Source: Bacilli bacterium (lineage in GTDB: Bacteria; Bacillota_I; Bacilli_A; RFN20; CAG-826). From it: 64,000 bases of DNA. The stretch spans positions 2,753 to 66,752 of the forward strand of contig JAFRPF010000041.1 of assembly GCA_017429285.1 (NCBI GenBank), given 5' to 3'. The translations under genes were made by a program, and so were the position numbers. Of this stretch, positions 54,125-63,249 are shown in pieces. The notes under the pieces are model-generated. The model was not told where the DNA came from. It did not search any database and saw only the letters and a list, made by a program, of their open reading frames with translations. Each line of letters opens with the position of its first letter. Position 1 is the first letter of the stretch.

Positions 54125-55342
54125 CTATTTTAAGATAATTTTGTGGAAGATTTTCTTCCCTTTTTTAATTTTGACGCCTTCTTTTAGGCTTTCTTTAGTT
54201 AAAACTAAATAGACATCATTTACCTTTTCGTTATTAACGGAGACGCCACCTTGTTCGATGAGTCTTCTACCTTCACCTTTACTAGTAATTAATTTCGCGA
54301 TAACCATCGCATCTAATAAAGCGATACCTTCACTAGAAACATTTTCTAATTCAGTTGTTGGCATATTGGAATCATCGCCTTGTCCAGAGAATAAGGCTTT
54401 AGCGGCCGCTTCCGCTTTATCGGCTTCTTCTTTACCGTGGACTAATTCAGTTAATTCATGAGCAAGAATCATCTTCTTTTCATTGATACGTTCGTTTGGC
54501 CAAGATTCCATTTCTTTTATTGTTTCTAATGGAATAAAGGTTAGCATCTTTAAACACTTCATAACATCAGCATCTTCGATATTTCTCCAATATTGGTAGA
54601 AATCAAATGGAGATGTTTTATTTGGATCTAGCCAAACCGCTCCAGAAGCGGTCTTGCCCATTTTCTTACCTTCACTATTTAATAATAGTGTGATGGTCAT
54701 TGCGTAGGCATCTTTACCAGTTTTCTTTCTAATTAATTCTGTACCGGCAAGCATATTTGACCATTGGTCATCTCCACCGAATTGCATATTGCAGTGATAG
54801 TGTTCATGTAAATAATAGAAGTCATAAGCTTGCATGATCATGTAGTTAAATTCTAAGAAAGATAAGCCTCTTTCCATTCTTTGCTTATAACATTCCGCTG
54901 CTAGCATATGATTAACAGAGAAACATGCTCCGACATCTCTTAATAATTCAATATAATTAAGTCCTCTAAGCCAATCAGCGTTATTAATTAACATCGCTTT
55001 TCCATTAGAGAAATCGATAAATCTCGACATTTGCTTTTTAAAGCATTCAATATTGTGATCGATATCTTGAATAGTTAAAACTTTTCTTAGATCACTTCTT
55101 CCAGAAGGATCACCAATCATGCCAGTTCCTCCGCCTAAAAGGGCGATAGGTTTATTACCGGCTTGTTGTAATCTTTTCATAAGAACAAGGGTCATAAAAT
55201 GACCGACATGTAATGAGTCAGCGGTAGGATCAAAGCCAATATAAAATGTTGCCTTACCGTTATTAATAAGGTCTCTTATTTCATTTTCATCAGTAACTTG
55301 AGCGAGCAATCCTCTCTCTTTTAATTCTTCATATATACCCAT
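54125..55342 (-). CDS. tyrS: Tyrosine--tRNA ligase
   Basis: FDPTADSLHVGH (HIGH), KMGKT (KMSKS), and a C-terminal S4-like domain. Confidence 0.95.
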   Translation of the reverse strand: MGIYEELKERGLLAQVTDENEIRDLINNGKATFYIGFDPTADSLHVGHFMTLVLMKRLQQAGNKPIALLGGGTGMIGDPSGRSDLRKVLTIQDIDHNIECFKKQMSRFIDFSNGKAMLINNADWLRGLNYIELLRDVGACFSVNHMLAAECYKQRMERGLSFLEFNYMIMQAYDFYYLHEHYHCNMQFGGDDQWSNMLAGTELIRKKTGKDAYAMTITLLLNSEGKKMGKTASGAVWLDPNKTSPFDFYQYWRNIEDADVMKCLKMLTFIPLETIKEMESWPNERINEKKMILAHELTELVHGKEEADKAEAAAKALFSGQGDDSNMPTTELENVSSEGIALLDAMVIAKLITSKGEGRRLIEQGGVSVNNEKVNDVYLVLTKESLKEGVKIKKGKKIFHKIILK

Positions 55343-55354
55343 AAAGAAACTCCT

Positions 55355-57055
55355 TTAATGTAATGGTTCTAATAATTTGATTTTGACTAGTCCGTCAGAG
55401 GAACGATCTTCTCCAACGATATTAAAGTCTAGATTATTAGCAGCGAAAGCGGCATCAACATCGCCACTTTGGCCAGCATTTTGTAATTCAGTTTTTACTT
55501 GTGTTTTTGAATATTCAATAATTTGATTGAAATCCAAAGTGATAGTGTAATCATCTTTATTGGCTTTTAAGGATGGATCACTACCCGATCCGTTTAAAGC
55601 ATCATCGATAATAGCGAAGAAATCATCTTTTAAGTTTTCAGCACCGATACTACCAAATTTTATTTGATCAACATTAAACACCATACAATTTGTGGCTTCA
55701 TTTTCTTCATCTAATGTTGTGTCAAATGTTAAGGATGTATGGAAACCATTAACATTAATTTTACAGACCATTTCCGCAATCATATCTCCAGTTCTAGGAC
55801 CAGAAATAGGGGTGTAGAGGTTGATATAGAAATTATCGATAGTTATAAAATTAATTTTATATTTGCCGTCTTCACCTAATCTATGTAATAAAGTGGTGTG
55901 ACCAACGATATTTCTACCAGCGGCGTAATTATTGACATCTTCTTCACTTAAATAGCAAACATCTAAAGCATGGTCATGAACTAAAGCATGAGTGTCGACA
56001 GTTGTTTTCATTTTCTCCACTAATTGAGTAGCGGTTTCACTTAAGTTAAAACCTTTATATTCGCTGTTTTCATCGATGTCCACTATAGTGAAATCTAAAT
56101 CATTAATATATTCTTTTTGCTCTTCATCTAAGGTTTGGTAACCGTTAAATAAGAATTTAAAAGCGGTTTTTAGATTATGGTCGTTAGGTTCTAAATCACC
56201 TTCATTGACCATAGTGGTTAATTTATCTTTGACTTTACTAACCACATCCGATGGTTGAATCTTAAGGTGTGCTTCATCATCGGTAACCAAATCATTAGTT
56301 TCTAGTAAAGACAAATCAACATTGCCTTCAATAAATGTCGGTTTGTTAATATCAAATTTAATCATTTCTTGAGTTAACATCGTATCCATGATGTTGAAAT
56401 ATAAATTATCCGCGTTATTACCTGTTAAGGAAGTAAGATCTTTCATGATATCGGATTTATCATAGATAAGAAGCATTTTTTCACTGTCAAATCTTAAAGA
56501 TAATCCAGCGGATTTAATAAAGGATGTTACCATTTCTCCATTAACAATTCTTTTTAATAAGCCAGACATTGGGCCATTTAGACCACTGACTTGACCTAAA
56601 GTGATATCGTTAATCTTAAAATTGAAGGAAGATTTATCTTCACTTTCTTCCATTTCGGTAAATACTTTCACCCTTGTTTTTAAAACAGTTAAGTCTAAAT
56701 CGACATAAAAGTTATATCGATTTTCGTTTACATATAAATATGCTTTTTTAATGACTGGATTTTTACCAGCTTTTTCCATACCAAAATGTAAAACGTTATC
56801 CATATCTGCTTCGGTGGCTTCGATATGGATGTTATTATCTTTTTCAGCATTATCTAAAGAATCCACCATAATGCGATTACCGATATTTTGTAAGGTAACG
56901 TTTGGTTTCAAATCAATGTTTTTGGTATTTGGATCGTAGATAAAAATATAGATAAGGGCAATTGGCAAAATAATAACAAGTAAAAGAGAAATGATGAGAA
57001 CGATTGGCCATTTCTTCATTTTTTTCTTTGGTTTTTTAAGAACTGCGACTTCCAT
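55355..57055 (-). CDS. Hypothetical membrane-anchored protein (566 aa), co-oriented with and 12 nt upstream of tyrS
   Basis: A single N-terminal TM (WPIVLIISLLLVIILPIALIYIFIY). The remainder is acidic and I recognise no motif. Confidence 0.6.
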   Translation of the reverse strand: MEVAVLKKPKKKMKKWPIVLIISLLLVIILPIALIYIFIYDPNTKNIDLKPNVTLQNIGNRIMVDSLDNAEKDNNIHIEATEADMDNVLHFGMEKAGKNPVIKKAYLYVNENRYNFYVDLDLTVLKTRVKVFTEMEESEDKSSFNFKINDITLGQVSGLNGPMSGLLKRIVNGEMVTSFIKSAGLSLRFDSEKMLLIYDKSDIMKDLTSLTGNNADNLYFNIMDTMLTQEMIKFDINKPTFIEGNVDLSLLETNDLVTDDEAHLKIQPSDVVSKVKDKLTTMVNEGDLEPNDHNLKTAFKFLFNGYQTLDEEQKEYINDLDFTIVDIDENSEYKGFNLSETATQLVEKMKTTVDTHALVHDHALDVCYLSEEDVNNYAAGRNIVGHTTLLHRLGEDGKYKINFITIDNFYINLYTPISGPRTGDMIAEMVCKINVNGFHTSLTFDTTLDEENEATNCMVFNVDQIKFGSIGAENLKDDFFAIIDDALNGSGSDPSLKANKDDYTITLDFNQIIEYSKTQVKTELQNAGQSGDVDAAFAANNLDFNIVGEDRSSDGLVKIKLLEPLH

Positions 57056-57175
57056 ATAATTTCTAAAATTATTGTATCACTTAAATAATTCTTTTTGTCC
57101 TAAATTTATTAAGACAAACATCTTTTTAAAGAATGAGTTTAAGATTTTTCTAGAATTAATTATAATAATTAAAGT

Positions 57176-58450
57176 ATGAGAACATTATTAAGAAATGCCC
57201 GATTATTAAAAATGGTGGATGATAATATTATCTTCACCAACATAGTTATTGAAGATGATCGTATCAAATATATAGGCGACGATTATCTTAAATATGGACC
57301 TTTTGATATAACCCATAACTGCAAAGGTAATGTCATAATGCCAGGATTCAAAAACGCTCACACTCATAGTGCGATGTCTTTTTTAAGAAGCAAAGCGGAT
57401 GATCTTCCATTACATGAATGGCTATTCGATGTTGTTTTTCCTCGCGAAGCAAAATTTAAAAAAGATGATGTTTATTGGATGGATAAGATCTCTTTTTTAG
57501 AATATCTTACCTCTGGTATCACCGCTTGTTTTGACCAATATTATTCACCGGTTGAATCCGCTCGAGCTGCGGAAGAAATGGGTATGAGAATTGTGTTATT
57601 AGGAACATATAATACTCAATTTAATTCTGTTCAGAAATTAGTTGATTTTTACCATTCTTTGAATGATAAAGATTCGTTAGTTAGTTATTGTTTAGGCATT
57701 CACTCTGAATACACATTGGCGGATGGCGAATTAGAAAAAGTAGTGGAAGCTTGTCACATTTTAAAAGCTCCATTTTATACACACATTGCTGAAACTAGCA
57801 AAGAAGTTAAAGAATGCTATGAAAATAGAGGTATGTCACCAGTCGCTTATCTAGATAAGATGGGTGCATTCGATTATGGTGGTGGCGGATATCATTGTTG
57901 TCACTTTAGTGATGAAGATATTGAAATATTTAAAAAACACAATTGCTTTATTGTGACCTGTCCAGGTAGTAATTCTAAATTAGCCAGTGGTATCGCTCCG
58001 ATTAGAAAATATTTTGATAAAGGATTAAATATCGCTATCGGCACTGATGGACCTGCTAGTAACAACTGTTTAGATATGTTTAAAGAGATGACTTTATTAT
58101 TCTCTTTACAAAATCTCACATTAAAGAATTCTTCTTCATTTACCGCATTTGAGATTTTAAAAATGGCGACAGTGAACGGCGCTAAAGCGATGGGATTAAA
58201 GGATTCAGATGTTTTAGAAGTTAACAAAAAAGCCGACTTAATTGAAATTGATTTATCTAGACCTAATATGCAACCTATTAATAATATTATTAATAATATT
58301 GTTTATAGTGGTTCAAAAGAAAACATCAAAATGACAATGATTAACGGTAAGATTTTATATATGAATGGCAAATTCTACACAAAAGAAAAGCCGAATAAGA
58401 TTTATCGTAAAGTTTCTCAAATCAGTAAACATATAGAAAAGGAACTATAA
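57176..58450 (+). CDS. Amidohydrolase, MtaD/SsnA-like nucleoside (MTA/SAH) deaminase family
   Basis: MPGFKNAHTHSAM (HxH metal site), HIAET and GTDG motifs. Confidence 0.8.
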   Translation: MRTLLRNARLLKMVDDNIIFTNIVIEDDRIKYIGDDYLKYGPFDITHNCKGNVIMPGFKNAHTHSAMSFLRSKADDLPLHEWLFDVVFPREAKFKKDDVYWMDKISFLEYLTSGITACFDQYYSPVESARAAEEMGMRIVLLGTYNTQFNSVQKLVDFYHSLNDKDSLVSYCLGIHSEYTLADGELEKVVEACHILKAPFYTHIAETSKEVKECYENRGMSPVAYLDKMGAFDYGGGGYHCCHFSDEDIEIFKKHNCFIVTCPGSNSKLASGIAPIRKYFDKGLNIAIGTDGPASNNCLDMFKEMTLLFSLQNLTLKNSSSFTAFEILKMATVNGAKAMGLKDSDVLEVNKKADLIEIDLSRPNMQPINNIINNIVYSGSKENIKMTMINGKILYMNGKFYTKEKPNKIYRKVSQISKHIEKEL

Positions 58451-58460
58451 TAATAGCGTT

Positions 58461-59489
58461 ATGGCGATAGTAAAAGGTTACTGCACAAACTGTAATAAAA
58501 ACGATGAAGTTCGTCGTATTTTTGACGTTAACCCTGATGTTAGATTTTGCTATTGCCCACACTGTGGTAAAAAATATCGTCCTAGATTTGCTATCGCTAA
58601 TTATCAAAAAGTCATCACCAAATACGTTCGTAAAGCTACTTTTTATTTAAAGAATGCTGGTGAACCTCAACTAGCGTATGCGTTATACGCTTATGTTTTG
58701 GAATTAGAACCTACCAATTTAGATGCAAAAATTGGTCGTTTATTATCCCTTGCTTATCTATCCACTGTGAGAAGAGAAAGATTTACTGAAGTTTTAGAGT
58801 TATTAGAATTAACTCCTGAATTATTTAGAACCCATGCTTTTAAAGATCGTTATTTAATTTTCTTATTAGCGTTAGAAAGATGTACGGTTAATTATCTAAT
58901 TCATCTTAAAAAAGCTTTAACTTTAAAGAATTGTTTCTTTGATACTGAATGCATAAAACTCTATTACAACCATATTAAAGCCATGATTTCTCTTAAAAGA
59001 TTTATTGCTTCAGAATTCTCATTATTAGATGCTGAAGATCGTGCGAAAGAGGTTAATGAATCAATTAAAGAATTTGAAAAGGAATATAAAGTCACAACCA
59101 TCACATGTGATGGTCAAGAACATTATTTTGCTAACTTTGGAAGAAGTGGCGATCCTTTAATTACTAATGGTCGATATAATAGCGCTTATAAATTAGACAA
59201 ATATCGTTTATCGACATTAGACGCGAGAAATAAAAAACTAAGATTAATTAAAGAGAATATCTTCACTTTAAGATATCATCATATGTTTAAAGTGTTTTCT
59301 ACATCCTTTGTCTATATGGCTCTATTTGGTGTTGTCGCCATCGCTTCCTTTATTACTTATTTCTCTGTGAGACAATATCAAAATAGCATCGTTTTCTTAG
59401 TGCTTGGAATATTAGCTAGCGTTGGTATTTTGACCTTCTTAGCCTTACGTTTAATTTTTGGTCAAATGTTAAAAAAACCGCGCATTTAG
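58461..59489 (+). CDS. Hypothetical protein: N-terminal zinc ribbon, helical (TPR-like) middle, two C-terminal TM helices
   Basis: CTNC...CPHC pairs. C-terminal hydrophobic segments FVYMALFGVVAIASFITYF and VFLVLGILASVGILTFLAL. Confidence 0.55.
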   Translation: MAIVKGYCTNCNKNDEVRRIFDVNPDVRFCYCPHCGKKYRPRFAIANYQKVITKYVRKATFYLKNAGEPQLAYALYAYVLELEPTNLDAKIGRLLSLAYLSTVRRERFTEVLELLELTPELFRTHAFKDRYLIFLLALERCTVNYLIHLKKALTLKNCFFDTECIKLYYNHIKAMISLKRFIASEFSLLDAEDRAKEVNESIKEFEKEYKVTTITCDGQEHYFANFGRSGDPLITNGRYNSAYKLDKYRLSTLDARNKKLRLIKENIFTLRYHHMFKVFSTSFVYMALFGVVAIASFITYFSVRQYQNSIVFLVLGILASVGILTFLALRLIFGQMLKKPRI

Positions 59490-60088
59490 GCGGCTTTTCC
59501 GTTGATTTTCAAATAAGTTAATAATTTTTTAAGAGCTTTTCCGCGGTGAGAAGCTTTATTTTTTTCTTCTTCACTGGCTTCTGCAAATGTTTTACCTAAT
59601 TCATCAGAGATAAAGACTGGATCATAACCGAAACCGCCTTCGCCATATTTCTCTAAAGCAATAACTCCAGGAGCAATGCCTTCGAATAATAATGGTTTCT
59701 CTTCAACGTTTAATAAGACGATGTTACAAACAAATCTCGCTTTACGATTTTCCTTATCTTTTAATAGATGAAGAATGTATTTAATAGCGGAATCATGACC
59801 CCCACATTCTGTAGCAAATCTCGCGCTATGAAGGCCTGGTTTATTATCCATGGCTTCAATTTCTAATCCTGAGTCATCAGCTATGATAGGTAGGGTAGTT
59901 AATTTTTGAACTGCTCTCGCTTTAATTAAAGCATTACCGCAATATGTATCTGCGTTTTCTTCTACCTCTTCGGGCTTAAGACCTAAATCAGATAGTCCAT
60001 AGACAACAATCTTATGTGAAGATAATATCTCTCTTACTTCTTTTAACTTATGAGCGTTATTAGTCGCTAAAACAATTTCGTAATTCAT
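59486..60088 (-). CDS. rdgB: Non-canonical purine NTP pyrophosphatase (RdgB/HAM1 family)
   Basis: VLATNNAHKLKE, DDSGLEI and GFGYDPVF motifs. Overlaps the convergent upstream gene by 4 nt. Confidence 0.9.
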   Translation of the reverse strand: MNYEIVLATNNAHKLKEVREILSSHKIVVYGLSDLGLKPEEVEENADTYCGNALIKARAVQKLTTLPIIADDSGLEIEAMDNKPGLHSARFATECGGHDSAIKYILHLLKDKENRKARFVCNIVLLNVEEKPLLFEGIAPGVIALEKYGEGGFGYDPVFISDELGKTFAEASEEEKNKASHRGKALKKLLTYLKINGKAA

Positions 60089-60256
60089 ATTAACAACTAT
60101 ATTTTATATTTCGATTTTCTTAAAGAAAAAAAGTTAAAATTGAAAGATTATCTTAAATAATACATGTATGTATTAAAATAAATTATGTTTAATATAGAAA
60201 GACTATGTGGTTTGAGATCTACATAGAAAAAAAGCACATGTGCGGAAAGCGCACAT

Positions 60257-60346
60257 ATGGGTTCGTTAAGTGTTCAACGTTATACGACTAAGTTATATAA
60301 CTTGGATATGATTATTTCTGTTGGTTGTCGTGTTAAATCCAAATGA
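60257..60346 (+). pseudogene. RhuM-family gene fragment (copy 1)
   Basis: Translates to MGSLSVQRYTTKLYNLDMIISVGCRVKSK followed by a stop. YNLD.IISVGYRV.S is the RhuM core motif. Confidence 0.5.
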
Positions 60347-60433
60347 AATAGAAATAATAGTAAATTTAATAACATTTTTAGAGAAAGCGAGTTAGACAAA
60401 AATACTTCTATGCAAAAAATGCATAAAAGTTAA

Positions 60434-60595
60434 AATGAAGGCAATCCAAATTATAGGCCACCTGTCTATTACAACTTGGATGTAATAATTTCTGTTGGCT
60501 ATCGAGTAAGGTCAAAAAGAGGCATTCTTTTTAGAAAATGGGCCAACAAAGTATTAAAAGATTACTTAATCCAAGTCTATGCAGTTAATCAATAA
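60434..60595 (+). pseudogene. RhuM-family gene fragment (copy 2, truncated)
   Basis: Translates to NEGNPNYRPPVYYNLDVIISVGYRVRSKRGILFRKWANKVLKDYLIQVYAVNQ followed by a stop. No start codon or N-terminal part is present. Confidence 0.65.
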
Positions 60596-60624
60596 AAGAA
60601 ACAGACCTTATTGGTCTGTTTTTT
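60596..60624. terminator. Bidirectional terminator hairpin
   Basis: ACAGACC-TTATT-GGTCTGT followed by TTTTT. The reverse complement is also followed by a T-rich run, which would serve tRNA-Gly. Confidence 0.7.
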
Positions 60625-60630
60625 GCTGTC

Positions 60631-60704
60631 TGGAGCAGGTGACGGGAATCGAACCCGCATAACTAGCTTGGAAGGCTAGTGTTCTACCACTGAACTACAC
60701 CTGC
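60631..60704 (-). tRNA. tRNA-Gly (anticodon UCC)
   Basis: The reverse complement is GCAGGTGTAGTTCAGTGGTAGAACACTAGCCTTCCAAGCTAGTTATGCGGGTTCGATTCCCGTCACCTGCTCCA. It gives a canonical cloverleaf with anticodon loop CTTCCAA. Confidence 0.9.
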
Positions 60705-60752
60705 AGTTAGCGCTACATATTATATAATAGCGGTAACTAATAATTCAAATTA

Positions 60753-61061
60753 TTATTTCAAGAAACTTAATAATTGTGGTTTCGGCATATAACCTAAAGC
60801 GCTTTTAACCGCCTTACCGTTTTCAAATAAGATTAAGGTTGGGATAGATTGAACATTGAATCTAGCGGCAATCTCACCAGCTTCATCAACGTCCACTTTA
60901 ACGATTAATAAATCTCCCACTTCTTGCTTTTTATCAATATCTTCGATTACTGGTGAAAGCATTTTGCATGGTCCACACCAAGTAGCAAAGAAGTCTACTA
61001 AGACTTTTCCAGAAGCAATTTTTTCATTGAATTCATTTAAATTATCAACATGTACAATCAT
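60753..61061 (-). CDS. trxA: Thioredoxin
   Basis: 102 aa with FATWCGPCKM active site. Confidence 0.95.
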   Translation of the reverse strand: MIVHVDNLNEFNEKIASGKVLVDFFATWCGPCKMLSPVIEDIDKKQEVGDLLIVKVDVDEAGEIAARFNVQSIPTLILFENGKAVKSALGYMPKPQLLSFLK

Positions 61062-61072
61062 AATTTATCTCC

Positions 61073-61960
61073 TTATATTAAGAATCCGATTCCATATATC
61101 ACTAATAAGTGAACGGGGTAGTATAGATAGCTACCATATTGGAACCATTTAGCATTATAACCGCGCTGGCCATTATATAGCAAAACAAATGCTCCAGCTA
61201 TTATTGCAAAGTTTTGATAGTCGGTATGCCAATAGACATATTGGGTTGGCAGAAGCATCGCAATGATAAAGAAAAGACCAGTCGCAATAAATACCACACC
61301 TAAGTTAATAATATTCAAAGAATATCTTTCGATGATTGAACCTTTTAAAGTTTCAAATGGGATACCGGATTTATTGCTGTGTGATTTTAAGAATAAATCG
61401 GATAATAGACCACCCACATAAAATAAGATAATCATACCCACTGAATAGAAATGATATTGCATTCTTAAAAAGAAAGGGAACCAATGAATAATCATGGTAG
61501 TGGAGAATTCTGTAGAAGTTACTATAAAAGAAGCGATTGAGATTCCAAAAGGAAGTAGGGCTAATAACTTAAAATACCATTCTTTTCTTCTTAATAAATA
61601 AACTGCTAATGCACCTAATAATAAATCAATAAAAATATTGCCCTGATCTCTTATCGAGAAACCATTAAAAATAGGTAAATATTCAATTAATATCATACCC
61701 ACAGATATAACAGTGGCCATGATTCCTAATCTTAAGAAATATTTGCCAGGATTTTTAGTATGGATAATTCCTTCATAAATCATGAAGCAAAATAAAGGTA
61801 AAGCAATTCTTCCTATTAGTCTAAAAACTATCGCTAGAGTATAATTTCCTCCTACATTTTGCATTAGCATTGCCCCGACATGATCAAAAGTCATGGTAAC
61901 TAGAGCAATTACCTTGATCCAAAAAGATGATAATAACGCAATTCCTTTTTTCTCTTTCAT
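61073..61960 (-). CDS. TraX-family membrane protein
   Basis: Polytopic protein. The N-terminus LLSSFWIKVIALVTMTFDHVG is typical of TraX-like proteins. Confidence 0.65.
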   Translation of the reverse strand: MKEKKGIALLSSFWIKVIALVTMTFDHVGAMLMQNVGGNYTLAIVFRLIGRIALPLFCFMIYEGIIHTKNPGKYFLRLGIMATVISVGMILIEYLPIFNGFSIRDQGNIFIDLLLGALAVYLLRRKEWYFKLLALLPFGISIASFIVTSTEFSTTMIIHWFPFFLRMQYHFYSVGMIILFYVGGLLSDLFLKSHSNKSGIPFETLKGSIIERYSLNIINLGVVFIATGLFFIIAMLLPTQYVYWHTDYQNFAIIAGAFVLLYNGQRGYNAKWFQYGSYLYYPVHLLVIYGIGFLI

Positions 61961-61962
61961 AA

Positions 61963-62787
61963 TTATTTAACAAGATTAGATATTACAGTCATTAGTATAG
62001 AAAATAGGTTATTAAATTGGTGAGCTACAATTGAAGATGCTAAACCAAATTTCTCATACCATAAGCAAAATAAGAACCCTACTACAATATAGGTTGGTAA
62101 ATTGACTAATTCGATGATGTAACCAGTAGCGGTTCCCGCAAAGAAATCAAAATGAATTAAGCCGAAAATTATAGAGGTTACTATATAAGCAACAGGTTTA
62201 TTAATTCTTCTTAAAAATGTATATAATCCTAACCTATATGTTAATTCTTCAACTGCTGGTCCAATTAAACCAATGACGAATATCGAAATAATTGGAAAAG
62301 CGGTGATAACACTGTCAACTGTCTGTTGGTTTGTATTCTCAGGTGTAGGATATATCGCTTGTGTGATTAGATTAAGTAGGATATTAGCCGCTAAGATAGC
62401 CGCGCCTCCTGCTAAACCGAGAAGATAGGGCTTTGCTCTATCAAAGAACCTTCTAAATTTTGGGAAGTCTTTCCATATAAGAGCAAGCATACCAATAAAG
62501 ACAATCACGTATCTTGCTGTATTTACAAAAGTGGTGTATCCAGCTTCAGAAAAAGTGCCTTCTGGCATGAGGATAGCAAAAATCTCGACGATAAAGCCGA
62601 CGACGTTAAGACCCACTAATCCAATAACAAATAATAAAATTTGTTTATAGATAGGTAACCACAATAAATTAGATGGGATCTTGTATTGTTCAAAATTTTC
62701 ATCTCTTTTACCGCATGTGGGACAAGTAGGCTCAACTACGTCATATCTACTTCCACATTCTGGACAATTTTTCTTTTCGAATAACAT
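61963..62787 (-). CDS. CPBP-family intramembrane glutamic endopeptidase (CAAX/Abi type) with N-terminal zinc ribbon
   Basis: CPECG...CPTCG. Motif 1 is GPAVEELTYRL, with FGLIH and HQFNN later. I chose ATG 62787; the ORF-track start at 62820 is GTG. Confidence 0.75.
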   Translation of the reverse strand: MLFEKKNCPECGSRYDVVEPTCPTCGKRDENFEQYKIPSNLLWLPIYKQILLFVIGLVGLNVVGFIVEIFAILMPEGTFSEAGYTTFVNTARYVIVFIGMLALIWKDFPKFRRFFDRAKPYLLGLAGGAAILAANILLNLITQAIYPTPENTNQQTVDSVITAFPIISIFVIGLIGPAVEELTYRLGLYTFLRRINKPVAYIVTSIIFGLIHFDFFAGTATGYIIELVNLPTYIVVGFLFCLWYEKFGLASSIVAHQFNNLFSILMTVISNLVK

Positions 62788-62870
62788 TTTTGTTTCTTTC
62801 TTATAGAAAAGACTATACACTAATTAAGGAACATTTTGTAGTAATAACTTATGTTATTCTTCACATTTTT

Positions 62871-63239
62871 ATGGAAATTAGTCAAAGATATCAATGTTTA
62901 ACGGAAGTCATGAAATCGAAGTTTATTGCGATTTTATTTCCGATTGATGAACCTGAAAATTTCAAAAAAGAATTGAACAAGATAAGCAAAGAACATTCCA
63001 AGGCTCGACATATTGTTTATGCTTATCGCATTGATAACAAAACTAAATCATGCGATGATCGTGAACCAAAAGGAACGGCAGGAAGACCTCTTTTAGAGTT
63101 ATTACTCAAGAAAGATTTAAATAAAGTTGCTTTAGTGGTCGTTAGATATTTCGGTGGAACTTTATTAGGCGCGGGTAGATTATTACGCACCTATGTACAA
63201 TCCGGAGTTAACGTCTTAAAAGTAGCAGGCATTGAATAA
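62871..63239 (+). CDS. IMPACT/YigZ-family protein, N-terminal domain only
   Basis: KSKFIAILFP, HIVYAYR, DDREPKGTAGRPLL and VVVRYFGGTLLGAGRLLRTY are collinear with the E. coli YigZ N-terminal domain. I chose ATG 62871. Confidence 0.7.
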   Translation: MEISQRYQCLTEVMKSKFIAILFPIDEPENFKKELNKISKEHSKARHIVYAYRIDNKTKSCDDREPKGTAGRPLLELLLKKDLNKVALVVVRYFGGTLLGAGRLLRTYVQSGVNVLKVAGIE

Positions 63240-63249
63240 GGAGAAATAT

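Noticed and set aside
59486-59489. 4-nt overlap of convergent genes (TTAG shared by the stop codons of the 58461-59489 gene and rdgB), as a possible annotation or assembly error
   Set aside because: Both ORFs are full length with sensible C-termini. Overlapping convergent stops are compatible with a compact genome. I noted only that no terminator separates them.
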